Numbered from the stretch's first letter, positions 47,511 through 61,619 are shown. The stretch is DNA of 64,000 nucleotides from Leucoraja erinacea (GCF_028641065.1 NC_073415.1:11904001-11968000); one strand, 5' to 3'. Program-made: numbers and translations. The notes: generated by a model from the sequence alone, not told the origin.

Positions 47511-50500
47511 TGAGTTTGTGTCGGAATGAACAGCAGATGCTGATTTACACTGGCGTCTGCATTTCCATCTTACGAACTGTTTGACTTGCAAACAATTATC
47601 AGGAGGGGTCCCTGGGTCCCTTGTCCTTTTAAACTTCATGGAGTCCAAACCCTCTCTCGATAGGACAACCCTTCCATCCCCGCAGTTATCCTGGTGAATC
47701 TCTCCGCACTGCCTCCATTGCCAGTCTATCATTTCTTAGCAAGGAGGCCAAATCTGCACAGTGTTCCTGCTGTGGCCTCATCGTCACCATGGACTGGTGC
47801 AAGAACACCTCCCTGATCTCCAACCAAAGTCCTTTCTCAGTAGAATCTAACATGCTATTTTTTTTTCCCCTGCTTAATACTTGATAGACCTGCCTGCTAA
47901 CAACGTGACTCATGCACGGGAACACCTAGTTCCCTCTGCACAGTCTCTTCATTTAGAAATAAACCTGCTTGTGAAGTGCATGATTTCACATTTCCTCACT
48001 GCCGTGTAGCGAAGGGATGTATTTCCCTTTAGTTGTCGGCAGATAAACTCTGAGATATGTGCAAAATGGTAATTATTTGCAAGGAAATTAAATTTCTATT
48101 AATGAAGTCAGTGCGATCGAGGTTCCTGTCTGGTGATTATAAAGGCTATTGCCGAACAAGATTCCCCACATCTTCAGCATGTGTTGATGATACAGACATT
48201 CTGGTGCTGGGAACAAACACAGTACAGCTAAGAAAATAAACTTATGAAGTGATAGTTGCAAGAATGCTACAAGAGCCATGTAGAGAAAGCAGACAAATGA
48301 AGTTCCAACAGTTAACTAGTACTCTGGTGTTGCAGAGTTTGTTGGTGGGCATTTTCTCCTGTTCTTCCCTGATGTACGAGCATTCACAGCAACAGAGCAC
48401 CTCGTGAAACCCTCCTCATTCTAAAAAAATACTTATTGTCACAAGTAAGACATGAGGAACTGCAGGTGCGAGTTTATAATAAAAAAAGTTAACGTGCTGG
48501 AGTAATTCAGTTCAGCCCGCATCTCTGAACACCGATAGTTGATGTTTCAGGTCTGGACCCTTCTTCAGACCTATCCATGCTCTCCAGAGAGAGCATGTTG
48601 TCTGACCTGCTGGGTTACTCCAGTATTTGTTATTGACAATGTTGGCTAAAAATAACTATCCGATGAAATTGTAGTTCCCTTTTCTCAATCAGAAGTCTGA
48701 AATTCTTCTCAGATTTGTTTTAGGAATTTATACTTCTGCACTCTCTGATAATAAATTCAAGCTTGCACTACTCCAGCTGAAATTGTGATTCCTCAATATT
48801 CCTTCTGCACCTTCCACCAGTCTACTTCGATCTGAATTGTTAGTGTCTGCCAAAGGCAATAGTTATTTCTTGTTTGTTTAGTTTAGAGATACAGCACGGA
48901 AACAGGCCCTTCGGCCCACTGAGTCCATGCCGACCAGCGATCCCCTCTGCACTCTAGTTTTTAGATACAGCGCAGAAACAGGCCCTATTTATTCTGCTTC
49001 TTCTTGCCTTGCTTGGCATTCCCACCGCTCCTGCTGGGAAAGGTTCTGTCACTGGGAATAATTGTTTGACCGTGGCTGCTGAGGTCTGGTTGGTGAGCTG
49101 CTGGAGGCATCACAGCTGAGTCCCAGCTGTGCTTATTCACTAGAAACAGTCACTGCTCTTGGAGGTGAGGACCATGTTTGCCTCCTGGTCTTGTGTTGCT
49201 CAGCCCGCTGGTATTCTTCTGTCCATGCCAGGGTCAGTTCACGCAGGGACATATCAAATAATGCTCGTACCCACCAGGCCGTTGGGATAGGCTTCTGACT
49301 GCAAAGTAAACAACCTGGCTCAACACGAGAGGTGGAAACATCATTTTTTTACCAAAGTTCCCCGTTGGGTAATAACAGTCACAACAGCGATTAGATTAGA
49401 ACTGACAATTCAGCAAATATCAAGTGTCATTTGCCATTGGGGCTTGTCCCTGCAATTATAGAAAAAAACATGAGGTGAGGATTGCCTTTGGGGGCAGCTC
49501 GTCTTGTACATATTTTAGTTCTACCTGTAATAAATAGCCACACTTTGAGGAGCAGGTGCATCATTACGTTATTTACATCTGTCTTGCCCTTCGTAATCTG
49601 CAGGTGTCTCCTTTGAATTCATATGGGTGTCTGATAGTTGTTTACACAATGCAGCTTCAAAATGAAACCAGTGTGGCTGCAGGTTGAGGCATGTTTGCTG
49701 GGAGCACTCCCAGTTCAAGTTTCATCCCAACTAAACTGCATGGAGGAGAGCTAAGTATAGATTAACGGGGCATTTGCTTTCTCTGGTTTGTGCTGGCTCA
49801 CGCCATCATGTGCAGGATGTGGCTTGCTGCTGGCACCTGTATTGTTTACAATCCCTACGCAAGAACCACTTACACTGGAGACCTATTGTGTACAAAGCTG
49901 GTATACACGTTAAAGTGTTGCTCAATTAATGATTCAATGGTTCTTTATTGTCACGTACGGACCGCGCAGTTACATTTCCTTTAGCGTAGATTGCACATGC
50001 ACGAGTCGCCGTGTGTTGGCGCCAGTTACAAAAGTCCACGTGCTGGGTGTGTAGGCTGCGGCCTACACCGACCTGTAGCCGCGGTCTCCGGTGGGGGAGG
50101 CTCCGATTCAGGACTCACCTGGGTTGAGGTCCCGACCACGGGGGAAAATGGAGGAGGACTGGCCAAATTATGTGGTGGATGTTTATTGTGTTTCTGTGTG
50201 TTCTTTTTCATTGTACCGCTGCTGGCAAATTCATTTCACTTGCACTTTATGTAATAAAACTGATTGTATCAATTGATTGTATGTACTGGAGCGGCTCCCG
50301 ATGGAGGCCAACCCCAGGCTGCTGCATGGCCTCCTCCGTCACCCTCGACTAGCTCGGCCCACCGACCCATGTCCCTCTCCTCATCCGCCCGACAACCTCT
50401 GTCTCCGTGTGTCCATGCCGAATTTAAATGAATCAAAATGCTTGTAGTCCAAAATAAGCACATGTCGGAAATACGACATGAAGGGAGGGAGTTCTGCAAT

Positions 50501-50747
50501 CAGACAGATGGCCTCACTTAGTGACAAATTAATTGTGCAATGTAACCAGCAGCAACTGGGGCTGAGAGGGATAGATAGATCAGCCATGATCGAATGGTGG
50601 AACCATCTTGACCTAATGGCAGGGATCACTTTACCAGCGATGAATCAGAAATTTACATCATCAATAATTTCGTTGAGACAATGTGGAAACGGCCACTCGA
50701 CCCACTGAGTCTGTGCCGACCTGCAATTCCCGCACACTGACACTATC

Positions 50748-50749
<2 letters not shown>

Positions 50750-50811
<62 letters not shown>
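50750..50811. repeat. (CA)n microsatellite inside a minus-strand SINE
   Basis: Direct reading. Confidence 0.95.
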
Positions 50812-50813
<2 letters not shown>

Positions 50814-51939
50814 CAATTTAACATGGATACAACACCAATTAGCTACATCTTTGGAATGCGGGAGGAAACCCACATGGTCAGTGTGGAGAACGTACAAACT
50901 CCGTACAGACAGCATCCGTGGTCAGGATCGAACCCGGGTCTCTGTCGCTGTGAGGCAGCAACTCTACCGCTGCACTACTGTTTATTGTGACAGATTCTGC
51001 ACAAAAAATCCTCCAGCATCGGTATATGCGAAAAGTATAGCCAGCCCCCTGCCAGCCTTTGCAAGAAGGGAAAAGAGCCAAATGGTTTTGGGTAGTTTTG
51101 TCTGCGTGCTGAGCAAGTTGTTGTTGTGGAAGCTGAGGACATGGAGAGGCCACTGCAGATTTGACGGTTCTATCTCAGCAGAAAACTGCTGGCACGACCC
51201 CCTTTTTCTGCTATCTTGCTTTATCCTCTCTTTATTGTTCATCTAAACAGATGAAAGGATAGGTCAGAGCTGAGGCAGCAGCTTCTGCCAACCTCATCCT
51301 TCCAGGGGTTTGTAGCCCCCCGTCTATGAGACTGACCTAGATTAGTGAGCTGTCAGCTAAACATCAGTTCATTTGACAAACCAAAGAGATTTCTTTTTCG
51401 TTTTGAAGTTCAAGGCCTGAAACGACCAAATGAGCGAAAAGGCTTATCTGAATCTTTTTGATCGGAGTACACAGAATTGACAATGAGAGTGAATCCTTCT
51501 TTCTGCTTTGGGCTTATTTGCACCGTAAATATGTTTGGATTTTTATCAAACCCCGCGATGGAAAATTACTTTTGTATGGAAAAAGGCTCCGTTTACAGCT
51601 GCCATTTCCAACACATTTTACTTTCAAAATGGGGAGTGGGAATAACGTATTTTAAGAATCAATTGAAGTGTAAAGCATTTCTTTAATCTTGGATTGTATT
51701 GGGGTGATGCGACAGATTCTGCTGTCTGGAGATCTTATTCCAAATCAGCTGCTACTAGGTAATATTGGCAAGTGTCATGAGAAGAGGCGGGCGTTCCCCA
51801 ATGTTAGGAGGCTGCAATGGAAAGGGCAGGTTCATTAATATGTGCGTACATAGGGAGGAACTACAGATGCTGGTTTACACCGAAAATAGACACAAAATGC
51901 TGGAGTAGCTCAGTGGGTTAGACGTCTTCAGACCCAACC

Positions 51940-52540
51940 CGGAACATCACCTATCCATGTTCTCCACAGATGCTGCCTGACCCACTGAGTTACTCCAGCA
52001 CTCTATGAAACGTCACCTATCCATGTTCTCCACAGATGCTGCCTGACCCACTGAGTTACTCCAGCACTCTGTGAAACGTCACCTATCCATGTTCTCCACA
52101 GATCCTGCCTGAACAGCTGAGTTATTGTGCAGCAGCATCTATGGAGCGAAGGCTGCCTGACCCGCTGAGTTATGGTGCAGCGGCATCTATGGAGCGAAGG
52201 AAATAGGCAACGTTTCGGGCCGAAATCCTTCTGGAAATAGGCAACGTTTCGGGCCGAAACCCAAAAGGGTTTCGACCCGAAACGTTACCTATTTCCTTAG
52301 CTCCATAGATGCTGCTGCACCCGCTGAGTTACTCCAGCACTCTGTGAAACGTCACCTATCCATGTTCTCCACAGATGCTGCCTGACCCGCTGAGTTACTC
52401 CCGCACTCTGTGAAACGTCACCTATCCATGTTCTCCACAGATGCTGCCTGACCCGCGCTGAGTTACTCCAGCACTCTGTGAAACGTCACCTATCCATGTT
52501 CTCCACAGATGCTGCCTGACCCGCTGAGTTACTCCAGCAT
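51940..52540. repeat. ~64-bp tandem array with an embedded second-subfamily fold-back fragment
   Basis: Same unit as above; interrupted at ~52125-52320 by GCAGCATCTATGGAGCGAAGG-type arms. Confidence 0.85.
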
Positions 52541-53377
52541 TTTTTTTTTTTTTTTTCCCTCGGTGAACTATCACCTGCAGTTCCTTGTTTGCACACGTAG
52601 ATGGACTGCAGTTCTCTTTATTGCGCTGTTATGGGAAAGTGTGCATTTGATCTCCCTCATCTTCTCTCGGCACCATTGGCAGATGTGTTGGTGGGGTACG
52701 GGTTAGATCTACTCAGACCATTGTTGGCCATCGGCGAGGAGTGTGCTCCTTTCACCCCCTCCCCCTCGGTTTGCACTTTCACTGAAACAGGAGCCCCATA
52801 TTGAGCAATCTAATTACTAATCACAGGAGACTGCCGGATATTTAGTCACTCGCGTGTAGGGTGAAATCATCTGTTTCTGTGACCTGCTTGTCCCCTGAAA
52901 TTCTGCCCCAGTTGCTGATCCTCCCTCAGACCCATCAATCTGGCACTTTACTAGTCAGCAGCCCGGCACATTACTGCAACGGAGCACAGCAAGCTTGAGA
53001 TAACCTATTTTAATTAAATTTGCTCTTGATCCTAGTCAGCACAACGTTTTATTTAATTTTATAAATCATTCTGTAAACTTGCACCATTTTCAAATTGGAA
53101 AAAAAGATTTGCCATGTTTCTATTTTTTTTTAAACTGTGTAGTGAGACTTAAAAAAAAAAAATGTCTGGTCATGAAATATGGAGTGGCTGTGGTCCCAGT
53201 GGAGAAGGTGGTGTTTGTGTAAGTGGCCACGGCAGCTTGCATGAAGCTGGTGTCATTGTCTCAGAGGAGGGCAGGTGCTGCTTCCTGCTGGGAGGATAAT
53301 GCTGCATTTTCCAACCCGAATTGCTGCCTCTCTGCTCAAGGCTGCCGTCTTTGTGGCGCCAGAGCAGGTTGGAGCCG

Positions 53378-53800
53378 NNNNNNNNNNNNNNNNNNNNNNN
53401 NNNNNNNNNNNNNNNNNNNNNNNNNNNNNNNNNNNNNNNNNNNNNNNNNNNNNNNNNNNNNNNNNNNNNNNNNNNNNNNNNNNNNNNNNNNNNNNNNNNN
53501 NNNNNNNNNNNNNNNNNNNNNNNNNNNNNNNNNNNNNNNNNNNNNNNNNNNNNNNNNNNNNNNNNNNNNNNNNNNNNNNNNNNNNNNNNNNNNNNNNNNN
53601 NACGCCCACAGCACACGCACACTCGTTACACACTCAGACACAGAGAGACACACACACTCGNNNNNNNNNNNNNNNNNNNNNNNNNNNNNNNNNNNNNNNN
53701 NNNNNNNNNNNNNNNNNNNNNNNNNNNNNNNNNNNNNNNNNNNNNNNNNNNNNNNNNNNNNNNNNNNNNNNNNNNNNNNNNNNNNNNNNNNNNNNNNNNN
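53378..53800. other. Assembly gaps (53378-53601 and 53661-53800)
   Basis: N runs flanking CA-rich simple sequence. Confidence 1.
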
Positions 53801-55210
53801 CTAATTTAACCCATTATGTCCTATGCGGAGCAATCCCCGTTCTGCCGATCTCTTTGGTTAATTGCTTCTCATTATTCCTATTGTTGCCACCCAACATCCC
53901 TCCTGCTTAGTCTTCAGCTCTTTAGACCAATTACCAAATCTGCTGCTGCCTTGCATAGAGTGCTGATAATTTGCCCAAAGTGCTGACGATTTGCATGGTA
54001 ATCTTTATGTGGAGTGCCATCCTGGGCTGATACAGCCCCCTCTCATGTTGGTGGGGACAACCCCACTCTTGTGAGCGCCACTGAGGCAGCTGGTGTTGAG
54101 AAGACTGGGACTCAGTCACAGTGAGACTAGCTCTGACCCACTGGGTAAATGTCGTGGAACATCAGTTACCAATACGCAGTGTACAGGCAACTATATCACA
54201 TCTTTATATATATATATATCAGGGTTATGGGGAGAAAGCAGGAGAATGGGGTTAAGAAGGAGAGAGAGATAGCTGTAATTGAATGGCAGCATGGTCTTGA
54301 TGGACCGAATGGCCTAATTCTGCTCCTATCACTTATGAAGTTATGCAGGAGCCATGGACAATACTTGCGCTCTAATCAACATCACCAGAATTAATTAAAC
54401 TGGTTATACATTACGGACCTGCAAATTGACAGCTTTGGCCGTCTCAACAAGAAATTACTTTTCATAAAATACAAATGCCCCGAGACATTCGGAGATCCAA
54501 GAGTGCTGTGCTACAGTGGGACACAGCATTTAGTGTACAAAGCTTGGTGGGTGGGCAAGGCAGGGGAGGGGAGGCCAGGCCAGGCTGGGGTGGAGGTAGG
54601 AGAGGAGGATGGTGCTTGATAGGATTTGGACAGAGACGAGGATAAATAGTTTGGCTGGGGGTGGTCTGGGGTTTGTAATTTTCCATTGGTAAGGGTGGTG
54701 GAAGCAGAAACCCTGATCACTTTCACACACTGCCTCTTTCCTGATGGGAGAGGGGGTGACTGGGGTGTCACTGATCCTTGATGCTGTAGGTGGCGGAGCC
54801 CAGACAGTGTTGTTTAGCTGACATGTCCTGCCTTGATACTCCAGCACTTCCTCCGATGTTAAAGAATGCTTGCGATGACTTACTAACTTCTTGCGTTGTT
54901 TTTTTGCACTGTGCAGATGTATAACTAGTGCAGAGTGCTGACATGCCAGTGTACTATGTCAGCACACAACAACAGTTTATGTAACTGTATCTCTGTTATA
55001 ATTGTATAAAGCTCTTTGAGGCATTTTAATGTGCCATCTGTTCTATTTATGCTACAATTACCTTCATTCTTGTGAATAAATGGTGATGCTCACCAAAGCC
55101 AACTAAACAAGTTTGCTCTTCATATTTATTTATGTTTAAGGTGTTGACATTTCTGGCTGTGCCAGCATTTATTATCCATTCCAACTTGCACCTAAACGGT
55201 GATGGTAGTG

Positions 55211-55460
55211 AGAGTCTAAAGGCACATGTAGCTCAGATTGAGGCCATTCGGCCCATTATGTCTACTAGCACATTAGCGAGTCTAGAGGCACATGTAGCTC
55301 AGATTGAGGCCATTTGGCCCATTACGTCTACTAGCACATTAGCGAGTCTAGAGGCACATGTAGCTCAGATTGGGACCATTCAACCCATCAAGTCTACTAG
55401 CATATTAGTGAATCTTGAGGCATGTGCAGCCCAGATTGGGGCCATTCAGCCCATCAAGTA
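55211..55460. repeat. 66-bp tandem repeat, ~4 units
   Basis: GAGTCTAGAGGCACATGTAGCTCAGATTGAGGCCATT...CTAGCACATTAGC; 22-aa periodicity in ORF 55132-55587. Confidence 0.85.
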
Positions 55461-55816
55461 TGCTCCTAGTGCATTCGGGAGTCTAGACCCAGATTGGAAA
55501 TGTCATCACACTTGCTTCTACATGGTCACTGATGAAACAGACGGGGGGGTGGGGGGGGGGGGGGGGGTTATGGTTGTAGTCTCATAGCTGCCATTACTGG
55601 GTCCTTTTTCTTTGTTCATTTTGGATTTTAAAAATCCCGTGATACCATGGAAAGATTTGGACTTTTCCCTGGATTCACGATACCAAACTCTGGCAGCTCG
55701 TTCAGTTACACAACTTGTGAGCCAGTCTCGTGGGTTGTATCCGCCTTGTTCTGATCCTTACTCAATGTGACATGAAACCTGCAGCCTCGTTATATCTATC
55801 TTTCATTTTCTTTCAG

Positions 55817-55886
55817 TTGCTGAAAAAGCCAGGAATGAGTTCTCTGAAGCAGAGAAATCGCTGAAAGAAGTGGAGACTTCGATTGG
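55817..55886 (+). CDS. PRKCSH: PRKCSH coding exon 12
   Basis: VAEKARNEFSEAEKSLKEVETSI. Confidence 0.93.
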
Positions 55887-57978
55887 GTAAAGTATCTAAA
55901 ATATAAACAGTTTAGCAATATGATGTTTTAGATAAAGCAACCAAAAAAAAATTGACACAAGGAAGCTGAGCAAATCAGTGAAGTTCAGAGTTCAGAAGCT
56001 ATTTGCAAATCTTTCCATTAGCTTTCATTTATTCCTTTACCGTGAAGAAAGAACAGGAATATGACCCACTGTTTGGAGAGCAGGAAAACAAAATAGTTTA
56101 AAAAAAAAAGGGTTTTCCTTGCTGGAAAGTCTAAGCAAGGCGCACAAATTATTTAGTGTAGGAAGGAACTGCAGATGCTGGTTTAAACCAAAGATGCTGG
56201 AGTAACAGCGGGACAGGCAACATTTGTCAAGAAAAGAAATGAGTGATGTTTCGGGGCACGACTCGTCTGAAGTAGTGGCTCGATCTGAAACGTCACCCAT
56301 TCCTTCTCTCCAGAGATGCTGCCTGTCCCGCTGAGTTTGTGTCTATCATAGATGATCTTTTTTTACAATGCATTAGTTTGTCCTGTAACTGACTAAGATG
56401 TGGGGAAGTTTTCCATCAGGCTGTCACTGAAGACATTGGTTAGTTAATGTGATGATGCAAGAATTGAATTGGGAGGACATGGATTTGCAAAGTTGCATGC
56501 AGATCTGGCTCACAGAAGATCCAGTCAATTATGCAATGCTTTTATATCGGAAATAGAATTGATTTGTTTGTGGTGGCTTTACTGTTATTGACTGGCTTCA
56601 AGATTCCTTGCATTTCATACAATGGTGAGAATCTTCTTGGGTTGGACTAGTGCATCTCTAACCCTCCCTAAACTTCTCAACCTTCATCTGAACAGGATAT
56701 CTTCAAAGAGCCGTTCCCTTTGTATATGGATAACATTGAAAATGTTAAAAAGGAATTCAGTGAAACAGTATTTTACGGTCCCTGATAGAATTTGCCGCTT
56801 GGCTCTGAAATTAGCCCTGAAGGTACAGCAATATCTGGCTCTGGGCAGTTAATGTCCCATATCGGTTGTCGTGATCCTCTGCATTCAATGACTAATGCCA
56901 TGAAAGTGGTTGAGCGCCCAATCCTGTTGAGTTATTGCGTCATTTTGCATGACTCTATGGCAAGTCAGTGCCTCTCACTGGCTGTGAATAGCTCAATGCC
57001 AGAATGTGTATAGGAACGCCACTGCCCTCACCTCCATCACCATCACGATTTCACTTACCTCTACCATGTGAACCAAGTGAGTTTGCTCACACAAAGCTTG
57101 CAGAGATGATTCATTTGCTCCCTGGTTTCTGTTCTGACCTAATTTTCTTCTGCAGTCCCTGGGGTGGGACGAATGAGCATGTGTGAGTGGAGCGAGCTGC
57201 TAAATGAGATGCAGGAGACGGGAGAATGTCTGACGGAACATGATTCCATGTAGGATTATTCTCGCCAGAAATTGGACAGTATTTAGCTTTGCTTTTAAGG
57301 TTCCAGAGCGTTGTGTCAAAGAAAGTTATTTCCTTTTGTCTGCTGAGGGTGATGATTGCTTTGGAGCTCTGGTTGGACATGTGCCAGGAGCTCTGATACC
57401 CTGACTGTTCTTCATGCTCCAGATTAGATAGCAAGTGGTGACGAGCTGTTGCAATGCTCCTTGCCCGAGGCTGGGCTAGGCTGGCCTGGCCTGCGTGCTG
57501 GATGGTAACCAGGCACGAGTATGGCTGGCTGTTTTTGGAGTGGCAGAGATGCCACTGGCTTGTCGGGTTCTTGAATCAACAGAAGCTAATTGTCCTGTTC
57601 CTGCAGCATTGTCGATGGACAATTAAAGTATTCTAAACTACCTTCTTAGCTTGCATCAAAATATAACAAGTTTACATTTATTTGGTGCAGTAAATGCACA
57701 CAGTAAAAATGTGACACTTTACGCAAATTGATTTCTACCCAAACGCCAAAGAAAGTCATTGTCATGAAGCAGAATCTGACCCTTCTGCCCAATAGTTCAT
57801 GCCAGACATGCTGTCCAGTTAGTTTATTGTCACGTGTACCAAGGTACAGTGGAAAGCTTTTATCGTGTATTATCCAGTCAGAGGAAAGACAATACTTGAT
57901 TACAATTGAGCTATTTACAGTGTGTATACATGATAAGGGAATAACGTTTAGTGCAAGGTAAAGCCAGCAAAATCCGAT

Positions 57979-58155
57979 GGAAGGTACACAGAAATGCTGG
58001 AGAAACTCAGCGGGTGCAGCAGCATCTATGGAGCGAAGGAAATGGGCTTCGCTCCATAGATTTCCTTCGCTCCATAGATGCTGCTGCACCCACTGAGTTT
58101 CTCCAGCATTTTTGTGTACCTTCGATCTTCCAGCATCTGCAGTTCCTTCTTGAAC
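57979..58155. mobile_element. Fold-back element, second subfamily, nested in a LINE-tail-like repeat (57820-58210)
   Basis: GAAGGTACACA..ATGCTGGAGAAACTCAG...GCAGCATCTATGGAGCG and its reverse complement. Confidence 0.7.
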
Positions 58156-59008
58156 ACAAAGTCCGAGGGTCACCAATGAGGTAGATAGTAGTTCAGCACT
58201 GCTCTCTGGTTGCTGTCTTCCTGAATTACTCCCATTTAGTCCATGTCCTTAACTGTTCCTGTCTTGGAACCTGTACAAATGTCTTTTAAACATTGTAGTT
58301 GCAGCTGGTCTTTCACCTCCTCTGGCAGCTCGTTCCATATACCCACCACCCTGTGTGGAGAAACCTGCCTCTTGGGTTCTATTTTTAAACTTTCATCTTA
58401 AATGTATGCCCTATAGTTTTAGATTCCCTACCCCAGGAGAAAACTGAAAATCCATCTTATCTATCCTCTTCTGATATTATAAACCAAATAAGGAAGTAAA
58501 CTTTGCCTGGCAGATTGCTGAGCATCAGATGCTGGATTGATGTTGTCTGTCACCCTGTGTTGAAGTTGCCCAGATAATGGAACGTTAAGCATTAAGGCAT
58601 TTTAGTTACAATAATCTTCCAAATCGGAAGGATCTCAACCCGATTCCTTCTCTCCAGAGATACTGCTCGTACGCCAGCATTTTGTGTCCATCTTCGGTTT
58701 AAACCAGCATCTGCAGTTCCATCACCGGTTTAAACCAGCATCTGCAGTTCCATCAGAGTAGGGACTGTTTTAACTCTGATTTGGTTACAACAATACCCTG
58801 GAACTGAAGCCATTTGACAAATTTATTTGAAAGACACATCTCTAAATTTATTTTCTTGTTTTTTTTTTACTTTGTGATGTTTGTTTTGGTTATTGGCAGT
58901 GGACAGGAGTTTGGAGTGCTTTGAATTGCAGGTTCAAACACCAAAAGTTCTATTGTAAAGTTGCATTGCAGCTGTAAAATGATTATTTCCCCACCACTCT
59001 TTTTGCAG

Positions 59009-59098
59009 GAGCATTGAGAAGGAGCTTCTGGTTGACTTTGGACCTGATGGAGAATATGCATACATGTTCGATCAATGCTATGAAATGACAACAAATGA
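59009..59098 (+). CDS. PRKCSH: PRKCSH coding exon 13
   Basis: SIEKELLVDFGPDGEYAYMFDQCYEMTTNE. Confidence 0.95.
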
Positions 59099-60504
59099 GT
59101 AAGTGGCATTCTTTAATTCATTTTCCCTGCACTCTCTCCTTTTTGTCAGGACCCTGTCTTGGCTTTGGTGTCCCTGTGGATGTTGTAAGATGTGGGCAGA
59201 TTCAGGAACAGTTTTGTCCCAGCTCTTGTCCTACCCTCTACCTCATTGGAGACCATTGGACATTGCCGGGCATTATCCTGCACCCAGCCTCCACCACATC
59301 TGGAGGTCATACAGTCCAGGTTCCAACCACACTAAAATATCTTCATCTCAATCAATCCTGCATGTCTGTGGCTCAGAATAGCTGCCTTGTTTTGAGACGT
59401 TATTTTAATGTACTTTATCCAGGCAGGTGTTAAGCAATGGATATTGTCTTTGGTAATTCTGGTTCATAAGTGAGGGGCAGAATTAGGCCATTCGGCTCAT
59501 CATGTCCATTACGCCATTCAATCATGGCTGATCTATCTCTCGCTCCTAACCCCATTCTCCTGCCTTCTCCCCATAACCTCTGATGCCTGAACTAATAAAG
59601 AAACTATCTCTCTGCCTTAAATATATCTGCTGACTTGGCCTCTGCAGCCTTCTGTGGCAAAGAATTCTACAGATTCACAGATGGATATATTCGAGTATGT
59701 GTCTAGATCAGCAAAACTAGGAGTGTTTGAACATCTGTCAAAGTTGTAATTGTGTGCATTCTAATCCATCTTCACAGTCCTAATCCATAGCAAAGTAAAA
59801 CTTGGGTTCAAACTCATGAGGCACCAGTTGTCACATTCCTCCCTACCTCCCTGTTCCCAAACCAGTGTGGATAGAAGCATTTCTCTCCCCTCCACCCTCC
59901 CGATGTCGACTTTACCAGAGCTACTGGTTCACGTTGATATTTGGGGGCAATGTGTATTTGTAGAGATGAGTAGACCGATGTGGAAATCTATCAGATAACG
60001 TAGATAAATACAGGTTTGAGTGATGTGAAACTAATTGTTTTGCTAATGTGTTCAGTAATTATATTGATAGTTCAACAAGGAATGTGCCCTTGTTACGTGG
60101 CCAGTTGTGACGGGGTTATGAGTCCCTGTAATTCAATGTTGGTGAGGCCATGCTTGAAGTGTACACTTGTGCTGGGCCTTGGGATCACAAATCCACTACA
60201 CAACCGTTGCATTCAGAAGCACTTTCCATTTCCTCTCCATCCTCTGTGGCCTTGTCAACATGTTCAATTTCAAAGGCCCACTTAAAGTGGATAAATTGGC
60301 CAACCATTGTTTGCAGGTGGGGTGGTTCAGAGTAAGTCTTTCTACTATGAATAATGAGTCAAAATGCTTGGGTAATTGGTTAGTTTGGATAATTTATTTT
60401 GTGCATTGGATTTAGGAGTGTGTTCTGTCAATCTTTCTCCCACACCTTGTGGTTTAATCATCATTGGTGATTTAGTGTTTCTCTTGTGGCCTTCAGGCAG
60501 CTTC

Positions 60505-60536
<32 letters not shown>

Positions 60537-61619
60537 GTTGTCCATGAGACATTGACCCCAAGTGTACGCACCCAATCCCTCCACCCTGACCCCTCTCTGC
60601 AAGTTCACATGCCTAGTTTATCACCTAGTTTTAACAACAGGTTCTTGACATAAGGCGTGGTCCAGGATGGCTCGGTCTGTTTTGTGGAACGATCCTTCAC
60701 GATGATTTTAGATTGGCACAATCAAAGTTTAAATGTGATAAAGTTGTGCAGCTCCACATTGAAGTATTGATGGAAGCAGTGTTGTAGTTGAAAATGTTTG
60801 GCCTTTGTCCCCTTGATGTGGGGTGTGGTCACCCAGTGCTGGGTTACACCATGCGATGGAACAGGCCTGCTCGTTAATGCTTCAATGGCGTTTTACTTGT
60901 CACACATTTACAACTGCATGGTGAAATTATATTTGCATATATATATATATTACACATGCGGGCACCACCAATTTTGGCGCCATTATTCAAAGTCCAGTCC
61001 ACCCATGCGTTCGATGTACTGGAGCAGTTGGCACAGACCGAAGCATTACCCCGGCTTATGATGTTCGTGACATTCATTACTTACAGTACATGTACTTGTT
61101 CCTTTTTATAAAAGCATCTACCAACAAATGTTCACAATAGGTTCTGTAGGTTATAAAATCTCAGATGTCAAAATAATCCTCGATGGCTTTTCTGACCATG
61201 GAGTCCATTTTACCAAAATGTGTCGAGGTTTCTACTTGAGATGGGATTAAAACCTCTCATCATACGAGTTTGTAAATTTACAACGTGTAGATTTTAATAT
61301 GCATTTTTTAATGCTATAAATCCATGGAGTATCTAACATTGTAAAATCTGCAGTACTTTTCATAGGAATGGTTGCAAATAATTTACCATGGACAAATAAT
61401 GATTCAAGAGCAAGATCAAAGCTTGGCCAAACGTTTGCATTTGTTGCTGGTTTTGTTTTTAATTTCCCTTGCTGTGAAAGTGTGACTGTCAGCTGCTGGG
61501 TAACTAAATTGTGTGATGTGGATAGTATTGGAGGAATTGTGATATCCTAGAATTTTGTCGGGCTTGAAGCATTGGACCCATGGAAGGACTTGGAAACAAG
61601 GAGGAGATTTGGGAACAAG

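Noticed and set aside
53170-53910. Long ORFs containing X
   Set aside because: Artefacts of N gaps
55132-55587. 151-aa ORF with 22-aa repeats
   Set aside because: 66-bp intronic tandem repeat containing CR1-UTR-like GGCCATTCGGCCC; no splice or homology support
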